The position numbers and the translations under genes are program-made. A stretch of DNA of 53,754 nt from a virus (Duplodnaviria > Caudoviricetes): positions 1-53,754 of IMG/VR virus record IMGVR_UViG_3300032218_003168. One strand, 5' to 3'. Numbering within the stretch: position 1 is the stretch's first letter; each line of letters begins with the position of its first letter. This document shows positions 46,527 through 53,754 of this stretch, in pieces. The notes below the pieces were generated by a model. It ran no database searches and had not been told where the DNA came from. It saw nothing but the letters and a program-made list of their open reading frames with translations.

Positions 46527-46690
46527 ACCATAATACGCTAGAGAGCTATTATAAAACAGTTTTTGCACTGGTTCAGCATCATAAATACTCTATTAGTGAG
46601 GTAGAAAACCTTATCCCATTCGAGAGGGATATTTACGTCGATATGTTAATATCGTATTTAAAAGAACTAGAAAATAAACAAAAGGCGTAA
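46508..46690 (+). CDS. gp51: Baseplate hub assembly catalyst gp51, with no canonical start codon; probably reached by a -1 frameshift from gp26
   Basis: Manual translation of the -1 frame: FFYIALNHNTLESYYKTVFALVQHHKYSISEVENLIPFERDIYVDMLISYLKELENKQKA*. F.L.QHHKYS..E.E..IP.ER.IY is the gp51 motif of T4-like aquatic phages. Not in the ORF track. Confidence 0.85.
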   Translation, partial: FFYIALNHNTLESYYKTVFALVQHHKYSISEVENLIPFERDIYVDMLISYLKELENKQKA

Positions 46691-46699
46691 TAATAGGTA

Positions 46700-49324
46700 A
46701 TGGCAAAAAAACCAAAAGCTCCTAAACTTCAAGAAGCCACACCAAAACTTGGTGGAGCTTTTGCTGGCCAACAATATTTTTATAATAAAAAAGGAGAAGT
46801 TGTTGATCAAACTGGCGCTATTCAAACCCCAGTTCAACTAGCAAAAATAAAACCATTTTTAAATGAATACGATCCTAATTATGGTAAAGTAGCACCAAAA
46901 CCAGTTCGTCAGCGTCAAATTCGTAGACCTATTCAACCTGCTCCTGTTACGCCTGTCACTCCGCCTCCAGCTGAAGAACCAGTAGCAACATCAGAGATAG
47001 AACCTACACAACAATCTGCCACTCCTGAAACGCCTCCAGAAACAACACAAAATGAAAAACCTGGATTAGTTAGAAGAGCGGCTGGAGCTGTTCGTAGAAA
47101 TGCAAAACCTTTTGCTAAGTTTGCAGGAAGAAAATTTCTACAGAGTTCTTTTCCCGATCTTTATAATTTACATCAAGAGTATCAAGCATATAAGAAAAAA
47201 AACAGAAATAAAAATTTAGACGATCAAGAAAACAAAACTAAAGCTGATAATAAATCGTCAGAAGATAAAAGAACACAGGCTGACATTAAAGCAGGGTTAG
47301 ATCTTACTAATACTTTGATGAAAGATTCTGGAGATTTGATTCGACAATCTTTAGCTAAAGAAGAAAGAATAACAACTCTACTTAGTGAAATATCTTCAAC
47401 TTTAAGTCAAATCAAATGGTTGTTGATATTAAAAGGTGGTATACCTAGTCTTGGCGGAGCTGGTGTTGGTATTGGAGCTGGATTACTTGCTGGTGGGGCT
47501 GCTGTAGCTCTCGGTGGATTATCTATTGGTTCTGGAATGCTCCTCAAACAGAGCGTAGAAGATTATGCTGATATACCGAATAGACCAGATAAAGATCAAC
47601 TAGATCCATCTTCTACTAAACCAGATGGTACACCAAAAACTGATGCTGAAATGCGTGAAGAAGCATTCAAGCAACGTGGTCAGCGTATGGGCGGTCGTCC
47701 ACCAGCATATGCAGCAGGAACACCACCAGTTACACCACAAGGACCAGTAGCGCCACGTAATGCATTAGTAGATTTAGGTCGTCCACCAGCATATGCAGCA
47801 GGAACACCACCAGTTACACCACAAGGACCAGTAGCGCCACGTAATTCATTAGCAGAATTAAATCAAACGAAAAATATTACAGCTGCTAAAGAAAACACGT
47901 TAGAAAAAAACAATCATTTAAGTGTAGAATCAGATGACATGCTCTTGAAGAGCAGTAAGATAACTTTTGATACACAAAAATTTACTATTGATGCTAAATC
48001 CGTAGAATCTATTAAAAACGATAATCAAAATAACAGAGAATCACAAGGAGCTACTCCAGCTGTTCCTGGTGGCGGATCAACACCTCCTTCTGCTGGTAGT
48101 GAAACAACACCTGGTGGAGGTGGCGGAGGTAGTGGCAGTGGCAGTGGTAGTGGAGGAAGTGGTCCTCAAGCAGCTGGAGGTGGTCCTCAAGGAACCACAC
48201 CACAACCAGCAAATAGTGCTCCTAGTTCAACAACTCCAGGAGCTACTGGGACACCAACGCCAGCTGGAGCTCCTGCAGGTGGAGCTCCAACGCCAGGAGC
48301 TGGAGGAAAATACGACGAAGCTGGTTTGATAGCATTAATGAAACAAGCTGGCGCTACCGATGAAGAAGCGAAAGTATTTGCTAAAATTGCGATTAGAGAA
48401 TCTAGCGGCATTCCAACAGCTCATAATAATGATTCTAGAACTGGTGATGATTCTTATGGACTTTGGCAGATTAATATGATTGGTAGAATGGGGCCAGATA
48501 GATTAAAAAGATTAGGAATAAATGATCCGAAAGAATTATTAGACCCATTAGTTAATGCTAGAGCTGCTCTTATGTTAAAAAGAGGACAGATGGGTCCAGG
48601 TCCAGCTGGTTGGAGACCATGGAGAGGCAGAGGCGATAATAGTATGCTTCCACGTGAAGATGGCTCTACACGTCAGCAAACTGCTCCATCGGCAACACCA
48701 GGTCCAAGTTCAGAAAATAATGATCCATCGGCAACACCAGGTCCAAGTTCAGAAAATAATGATCCATTACAGCAACTAAGACAACAAAGACAAAATTTAG
48801 CTGAATTAAGGGATACTGGGTTCGCCAGAACTAGAGCATTTGCTGAGGGAACCCCTAAGATAGATCCACTCGATGCTGCACGTGGTGTTGCTGGAATTGC
48901 TGCTAGACACACACCGATTGTTGGTAACGTTTTGAATGGTATCAGTGCACTAAGAAATGGTCTTTCTGGTAATTATAAAGGAATGATAGGAGATGCTGCT
49001 AGTGCGTTTACACCATTCGGTCTTGGAGGAATTGTAACTGATCAAGTAATTCCTGATAGTATTAATAAAAAACCACAAGAAAATATTAAACCAACTCCAG
49101 GAGCTATGCCTAGACCAAAGAAACAAGAACCAAGATTACCAAAAGACTCTGCTAAGGCAGCTGCAGAACAGCAACAGAGAGACCCACAACTTACATTACC
49201 TCCATCAAGAATAACAAAACCAAATCAAACTAAAAATCCATCAGCTATGCACGATCAAAACATACAAAGATCATATAGAGTTCATGATCCAGCTGGGAAA
49301 ATTTCTAGAGAGATAGGATTCTAA
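46700..49324 (+). CDS. Tape-measure/hub-like protein with a lytic transglycosylase (SLT) domain
   Basis: IA.RES.G...A.N......SYGLWQIN...LLDP..NA.AA motif, coiled coil, Gly-rich hydrophobic segment and long P/G-rich linkers; follows gp26/gp51. Confidence 0.7.
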   Translation: MAKKPKAPKLQEATPKLGGAFAGQQYFYNKKGEVVDQTGAIQTPVQLAKIKPFLNEYDPNYGKVAPKPVRQRQIRRPIQPAPVTPVTPPPAEEPVATSEIEPTQQSATPETPPETTQNEKPGLVRRAAGAVRRNAKPFAKFAGRKFLQSSFPDLYNLHQEYQAYKKKNRNKNLDDQENKTKADNKSSEDKRTQADIKAGLDLTNTLMKDSGDLIRQSLAKEERITTLLSEISSTLSQIKWLLILKGGIPSLGGAGVGIGAGLLAGGAAVALGGLSIGSGMLLKQSVEDYADIPNRPDKDQLDPSSTKPDGTPKTDAEMREEAFKQRGQRMGGRPPAYAAGTPPVTPQGPVAPRNALVDLGRPPAYAAGTPPVTPQGPVAPRNSLAELNQTKNITAAKENTLEKNNHLSVESDDMLLKSSKITFDTQKFTIDAKSVESIKNDNQNNRESQGATPAVPGGGSTPPSAGSETTPGGGGGGSGSGSGSGGSGPQAAGGGPQGTTPQPANSAPSSTTPGATGTPTPAGAPAGGAPTPGAGGKYDEAGLIALMKQAGATDEEAKVFAKIAIRESSGIPTAHNNDSRTGDDSYGLWQINMIGRMGPDRLKRLGINDPKELLDPLVNARAALMLKRGQMGPGPAGWRPWRGRGDNSMLPREDGSTRQQTAPSATPGPSSENNDPSATPGPSSENNDPLQQLRQQRQNLAELRDTGFARTRAFAEGTPKIDPLDAARGVAGIAARHTPIVGNVLNGISALRNGLSGNYKGMIGDAASAFTPFGLGGIVTDQVIPDSINKKPQENIKPTPGAMPRPKKQEPRLPKDSAKAAAEQQQRDPQLTLPPSRITKPNQTKNPSAMHDQNIQRSYRVHDPAGKISREIGF
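47693..47860. repeat. 84-bp-period in-frame tandem duplication
   Basis: 47693-47761 is identical to 47777-47845 (GRPPAYAAGTPPVTPQGPVAPRN twice). Confidence 0.95.
48685..48767. repeat. 39-bp in-frame tandem duplication
   Basis: 48685-48723 is identical to 48724-48762 (PSATPGPSSENND twice). Confidence 0.95.
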
Positions 49325-49325
49325 T

Positions 49326-51824
49326 ATGGGTATTACATCAACTGTAACTAGTGCGTTGACTAGCGACCTTGCTAAATTTGCTGGTAAAAAATTCCTTGAA
49401 AGTTCGTTTCCTCAGCTTTATGGTTTACATAAAGAGTATAAACAATACAAAAAAGAACGTGAAAAAAACGAAACACCAGAAAATAATAAAACAGAAATTC
49501 AAAAAGATTTCGAAGCAATAGAAAACGATATAAAAGACACTAATACACTGCTTGAAACAGAAGTAGCTGTAATGGGGTCTCAAACTGCTATTATGCAGCA
49601 GATGCTTGACGAAATTAAAGAAATAAGAAAACAATTATTGCTTGGAGGTTTTGGTTCTAATTTACCAGATATAGAAAGAAATCGCCCGAAAGGTAAAGTT
49701 CGAACTAGACCAGGTTACAAATACAACGAAAAAACTCAAAGGTACCATAACGAAAAAACAAACCGAATGGTTTCGGCTGAGGAAGCAACTGGCGTAAAGC
49801 AAGAGAAAAAGCCTAGAGTAAGACCGAAACCAAAAATCGAACCACCTGTACAAGCGGAAGAAAAAGTAAGCAAATCCGTATTACAGAAATTCGTAAAATT
49901 TCTTGAAAAGAAAGGTGCGACTAAACTCGCTCAAAAAATAGGCGTGAAGGTCGCTGCTATGGCTGGAGGGGCTATCGTCCCTGGTATCGGTTGGATTTTT
50001 GACGCTGTGTTGATCGCTTCTTCAATTTATGACATATACGAAGCTTATCAGTATTGGCAAGAATTTAAGAAAGAAGAAGAAGCGGTTAAACCAACCAGCT
50101 ATAAACAACCGTTGGCTCAAACTAAAAACCCTATTCCTGTTCTTCCTGACGCAGTGACTCCTAGTGATAAAAAACAAATTTTAAGTTCCCTTGAGTACAA
50201 GATAACAAATGGTATAACTCTTAAATCTGATGAACTTAAAATTATTGCAGATAAATTAGTTCTTAGTGAAGATCTTATAAAGTTATTGACAGAACTTGCG
50301 AAAAACGGTAGTAGTCAATCGACAGCGCAGGCAGATTCACAAGATAGAACCAGAGAACTTACTGATGTTGGTGCTCGTTTAGGTGGTGGTAGATCACCAG
50401 CAGCTAAAAGTCAAGAAGCGAAACCTGGCGAGGCTGGTAAAAATTTAACAACAGTTACTGCTAAAAAATCTGGCAAATCAGATAAAGTTGGTTCTGCATA
50501 TGCTGCAAACTTTCAAGGATTTCTCGATGATCTAGAAGCTACTGGGTATCAAATTAAAACCCTTGGTGGTTATTCTTTTAGAGGAAATAAAAATAATCCA
50601 AGTATGTTAAGTTATCATGGCATGGGAGCTGCTCTTGACGTTAATGCGGCAACTAACCCATTTCATACTAGACAAACAGATATGCCAAGGAACGTTGGTG
50701 AAATCGCAAAAGCGCATGGATTAGGTTGGGGTATTTCTTTTGAAGACCCAATGCACTTTTCTGCAGCTAAAAGAGAAGGTGGTAGTTTCGATATAGCACA
50801 GCAGAGAATGCCAGGTTATGCTTCTGGTACTCCATATGTTCCACAAACAGGCGTGGCAACAGTCGGTGAATTAGGTTCTGAAACTATTGTCGGTAAAGAT
50901 GGTATAAGAAAAACAGCTGCTGGCGCTCATACTATGATGTTGAGAAAAGGTGAATCTGTTATTCCAGCTGGAGAGAAAAGATCGGCTGCAGAAATTGGTG
51001 CAGAATATAATAATGCTAAAGCATTCGCTAAAGGAACCAAACCAACACTAGATCAATATGCTAATGAAAAAATTCAAAACTTTTTAAACGATCCAGAAAT
51101 TAAATACAACCCAAGAATGCAAATGGGATTAAGGGGTCTTGGAAAAAATGGTAAGTACGGACCTGAAGGAAATATAATAGATTCCAGAGGTGGGGCTATG
51201 CACACTGTAATGGAATCAACTGGCGAGAGAGAAAGAATACTCGGCGGTTATATACCACCAAATGCAAGCGGTCAAAAATTTTTCATGAACGCCGAAGATG
51301 AAATAAAAAATAAAGCACGTTCTATTTCTGATTATAAAAATCAGATAGTCGTACAAACTCTAGGTCGTGAAATATATTCTGGAGATGAAAATTTAAAAAC
51401 AATTTTGAAACACGAAGTTGGACATGCAGCAGCGCAAAAATATTATGATCGTGGTTCTCTAGAAGAAAATCCAGAACTATATGCTAGAGCGCAATCTGTA
51501 TTAGGTGATGCTCAAGCAGTAAAAGGTGGAACTAGCGAAGAAGCTCGTCAAAGACTCCAGGACTTGAAAACACGTTCTGAAACCATGACGGGTGACGAGC
51601 TTGAAGATTGGTCTAGAAAAATTATGGAAGATACAATCCCAGAAGATTGGAGAGATAAACCTCTACTAGAAACACTACAAAATCACGAAGCTAGAACTGG
51701 TTTATATAATGCTATAAACGAAGATATCGATAGAGTTGCTAGAGAATATTATCCTGAACAAGCATTGAGGATACCAGAAGGATCTTCCATACATATGTTA
51801 GATACAATGGGTCAATATAAATAA
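49326..51824 (+). CDS. Second tape-measure/hub-like protein with an M15-type peptidase and an HExxH motif
   Basis: GGY..R......S.H..G.A.D.N...WG....D.MHF (M15 family), YASG.......VGE.G.E tape-measure-type motif, ILKHEVGH. N-terminus is paralogous to the preceding gene. Confidence 0.7.
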   Translation: MGITSTVTSALTSDLAKFAGKKFLESSFPQLYGLHKEYKQYKKEREKNETPENNKTEIQKDFEAIENDIKDTNTLLETEVAVMGSQTAIMQQMLDEIKEIRKQLLLGGFGSNLPDIERNRPKGKVRTRPGYKYNEKTQRYHNEKTNRMVSAEEATGVKQEKKPRVRPKPKIEPPVQAEEKVSKSVLQKFVKFLEKKGATKLAQKIGVKVAAMAGGAIVPGIGWIFDAVLIASSIYDIYEAYQYWQEFKKEEEAVKPTSYKQPLAQTKNPIPVLPDAVTPSDKKQILSSLEYKITNGITLKSDELKIIADKLVLSEDLIKLLTELAKNGSSQSTAQADSQDRTRELTDVGARLGGGRSPAAKSQEAKPGEAGKNLTTVTAKKSGKSDKVGSAYAANFQGFLDDLEATGYQIKTLGGYSFRGNKNNPSMLSYHGMGAALDVNAATNPFHTRQTDMPRNVGEIAKAHGLGWGISFEDPMHFSAAKREGGSFDIAQQRMPGYASGTPYVPQTGVATVGELGSETIVGKDGIRKTAAGAHTMMLRKGESVIPAGEKRSAAEIGAEYNNAKAFAKGTKPTLDQYANEKIQNFLNDPEIKYNPRMQMGLRGLGKNGKYGPEGNIIDSRGGAMHTVMESTGERERILGGYIPPNASGQKFFMNAEDEIKNKARSISDYKNQIVVQTLGREIYSGDENLKTILKHEVGHAAAQKYYDRGSLEENPELYARAQSVLGDAQAVKGGTSEEARQRLQDLKTRSETMTGDELEDWSRKIMEDTIPEDWRDKPLLETLQNHEARTGLYNAINEDIDRVAREYYPEQALRIPEGSSIHMLDTMGQYK
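51816..51823 (+). promoter_or_regulatory. T4-type late promoter TATAAATA for the holin
   Basis: Exact match overlapping the upstream stop, 22 nt before the holin ATG. Confidence 0.75.
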
Positions 51825-51845
51825 AAATAAAAAAAGGAAATTGAT

Positions 51846-52292
51846 ATGGCCAAATTCGGAAAACCAGCAGAGGATGATGATGGTCCTATAGCGCCGCCAC
51901 AACCAACTCCACCTCCTGCCGCTGTTATAATTGAACAACAACCAGCACCTCCGCCTCCTCCTAGCGCTAATGTAGTTGATACACCAGTTTCATTCGATGA
52001 CAGTGCTAATAAAGAGTCATCAGATAAAGAGCAGGAACACTGGGTAAAAGCATATTGGCGTCCAGCAATGGGCTGGCTCTATATGGTTATTTGTTTTATG
52101 GACTTCGTTGGGTTCCCAGCTATCACTATGTTCCTTCCAGTAATTGAAAAGGGATTCGGGATACAAATGGCATATACACCATGGGTTAGCTTAACATTAA
52201 GTAATGGTGGATTGATTCATATGGCATTTGGTGCTATCCTTGGTGTTGCTGCTTACGGCAGAACTCAAGAAAAAGTACAAAGCAAACAATAA
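51846..52292 (+). CDS. Holin of 3TMs (GTA-holin-like)
   Basis: WRPAMGW.Y...C..DF..FP, GAILG..AYGRTQEK, hydrophobic segments, Pro-rich N-terminus. Confidence 0.8.
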   Translation: MAKFGKPAEDDDGPIAPPQPTPPPAAVIIEQQPAPPPPPSANVVDTPVSFDDSANKESSDKEQEHWVKAYWRPAMGWLYMVICFMDFVGFPAITMFLPVIEKGFGIQMAYTPWVSLTLSNGGLIHMAFGAILGVAAYGRTQEKVQSKQ

Positions 52293-52314
52293 AAAGAGGG
52301 GATTTCTCCCCCTC
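52291..52314 (-). terminator. Rho-independent terminator after gp32
   Basis: GAGGGG/CCCCTC stem (52296-52314) followed on the minus strand by TTTTT; lies between convergent genes. Confidence 0.8.
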
Positions 52315-52319
52315 AATTA

Positions 52320-53225
52320 TTATCCAGCGAGCTTCTTGAAAAATTCTAAAGACTCGTCGTCATCATCTTCATCAAACTTTGGCGCTGCCTTTGCCTTAAC
52401 TGTAGGAGCAGGAGCTTCGTTCCAAGGAGAGTCGTCATCATCTACAACAGGTGCCTTAGTACGGGCAGAAGCTGCAGAACCATCAAGCCCGAGAACCTTA
52501 TTAAGCTTCGCCTTCAATTCATCATATGAACGGAAGTTAGAAGGAGCAAGGAATTCCTGAAGTGAGTGGCACTGCTTCCAAGTCTTTTCCATTTCTTCGT
52601 CGCTACCAAACAGCGGGCCAGCGCCAGCGAACTCTGACTTATCATAGTTACGATATCCTTCAACGTTGCGAATCTTCAACTTGAAGTTAGCACCATCCCA
52701 GAGGTCGAATGGGTTCATTGGCTTCTCATCAGCAAACTGAGGATTCATAGCTTCATTGAGCTTGTCGAAAACCTTCTTGCCATACTTAAACAAGAACACC
52801 TTGCCTTCGTTCTCTGGATTCTGTTGATCAGTGATCACATAAACATTAGAGATAAAGGTAAGCTTACGCTTTTGAGTACGGGCGATTGCCTTATCAGATT
52901 CAACGCCAGAGTTCCAAAGCTGAGTGTTCATCTCACCAACTGGATCTGTCTTGCCGATAGTTGTAAGGGAGTTTTCAATGTACCAAGAACCAGTCGGACC
53001 CTTGAACCCATGATTGAACATGCGAATGAAAGGAACGTCTTCGTCACCAGGTGCTGGGAGGAAACGGATAACAGCGTAGCCATTGCCAGCCTTATCCACG
53101 TTGGGGTACCAGAAACGGTCGTCGTTTGACTTATCGTTTTGGTTTCCATTGATCTTAGATAGTTCAGAAGTCAACTTCTCGAGAGAAGCCTTACCTGATT
53201 GTGCCTTAAGCTTAGAAAAGTCCAT
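52320..53225 (-). CDS. gp32: Single-stranded DNA-binding protein gp32
   Basis: D.RFW, GNG.AVIRFLP, H.F.G..G.WYIEN, EGKVFL.KYGKK, PFD.W.GANFKLK, NYD.SEF, acidic tail. True start at 53225 (MDFSKLK, GGAG SD), not 53417. Confidence 0.96.
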   Translation of the reverse strand: MDFSKLKAQSGKASLEKLTSELSKINGNQNDKSNDDRFWYPNVDKAGNGYAVIRFLPAPGDEDVPFIRMFNHGFKGPTGSWYIENSLTTIGKTDPVGEMNTQLWNSGVESDKAIARTQKRKLTFISNVYVITDQQNPENEGKVFLFKYGKKVFDKLNEAMNPQFADEKPMNPFDLWDGANFKLKIRNVEGYRNYDKSEFAGAGPLFGSDEEMEKTWKQCHSLQEFLAPSNFRSYDELKAKLNKVLGLDGSAASARTKAPVVDDDDSPWNEAPAPTVKAKAAPKFDEDDDDESLEFFKKLAG

Positions 53226-53292
53226 AGTATTCTCCGTATTGTTAATATTGATAGTATTGTTTGATGAGCTGTATAAACGCTCAACATTATTT

Positions 53293-53321
53293 AGTATACC
53301 TCTATTCGCCATATTTGTCAA
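53293..53321 (-). promoter_or_regulatory. Sigma70-type (early) promoter for gp32, overlapped by a late-like ACTAAATA
   Basis: TTGACA (53321-53316), 17 bp, TATACT (53298-53293); ACTAAATA at 53295-53288. Confidence 0.8.
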
Positions 53322-53754
53322 GTAAAATCTTTTTGACTTTTTCTCGATCATATTTGAGGAACGGACGATATTTGATAATCTTGGTTGACAAGTCTTGCCA
53401 AACAGGATCATACTCAAGCTTCTTGCTCCAGTAAGGCATACAGCCTACCATATCAACAAGAACGATTAATGTTTCGAGGCTAATCTCTTTACGTAGATAC
53501 AGCTTCAAAACAAAAGGGTGACTGTTACTTTGTATCTTGAAGTTGGAGTTAAAATCCTCATCAAGCTTCGCAGCTTCAGTTTGAAACATGTAGGTGAACG
53601 ACTGATTACGCTTCACCCAGTCGTTGTATACCTTCTCAGCTGTTTGTGAGTAGGCAATTTCCTTGATCCAAGTTTTTTCATTTTCAACAAGGTTGGCAAG
53701 AATATAGTTGACTGGATCAGCATGCTTTGCAACTTTCATAAAGTACAGCTTATC
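53302..53754 (-). CDS. gp59: Helicase loader gp59, C-terminal part (5' end outside the window)
   Basis: The frame is open to the window edge (DKLYFMKVAK...). Y.F..E, HP....YL...IS.ET and KY.PFL motifs; directly upstream of gp32 as in T4. Confidence 0.85.
   Translation of the reverse strand, partial: DKLYFMKVAKHADPVNYILANLVENEKTWIKEIAYSQTAEKVYNDWVKRNQSFTYMFQTEAAKLDEDFNSNFKIQSNSHPFVLKLYLRKEISLETLIVLVDMVGCMPYWSKKLEYDPVWQDLSTKIIKYRPFLKYDREKVKKILLDKYGE

Noticed and set aside
47693-48767. Direct repeats as a CRISPR array
   Set aside because: Only two copies each, in frame within a CDS, with no unique spacers and no cas genes.
52228-53325. Plus-strand and alternative-frame ORFs over gp32
   Set aside because: They are shadows of a conserved gene, with no SD or recognisable motifs.
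53226-53417. 64-aa N-terminal extension of gp32 in the ORF track
   Set aside because: It overlaps gp59 and the gp32 promoter; the SD and family N-terminus point to the ATG at 53225.
1-53754. Alternative genetic code (stop-codon reassignment) explaining the split genes
   Set aside because: TAA, TAG and TGA all end conserved genes at the expected positions, and the split parts are in different frames with their own start signals.

Overview
This window is part of a T4-like myovirus genome (standard genetic code, AT-rich) and covers most of the virion morphogenesis region. From left to right: the 5' end of gp18, then gp17, gp16, gp15, gp14 and gp13; a 7.6-kb accessory enzyme/receptor cassette; a gp38-like glycine-rich adhesin; and a set of mosaic tail-fibre genes. 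The cassette holds two TctC/Bug-like binding proteins, two 2OG-Fe(II) oxygenases, three PP-loop SGGxDS enzymes, a SAM methyltransferase and a fatty-acid-hydroxylase-family protein. Next come a DUF4815/VrlC-like structural protein split into two genes, baseplate genes (gp8, gp9/10-like, gp7-like, gp6, gp25, PAAR, a three-part gp5 locus, gp27-like, gp53, gp48), then gp4, gp2, gp54-like, gp26 and gp51. The window ends with two paralogous tape-measure-like proteins carrying cell-wall hydrolase domains, a 3TM holin, gp32 and the 3' part of gp59. Several exact T4 late promoters (TATAAATA) are present. Top leads: (1) the enzyme cassette beside an adhesin built from four equal 18-triplet Gly-X-Y runs, a candidate virion- or host-surface modification system; (2) a likely programmed -1 frameshift fusing gp26 to a start-less gp51; (3) a perfect sigma70 promoter pointing antisense into the fibre operon; (4) the split DUF4815 protein with an S74 autocleaving chaperone, and the split gp5. 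All family calls come from motif recognition and synteny; no searches were run.
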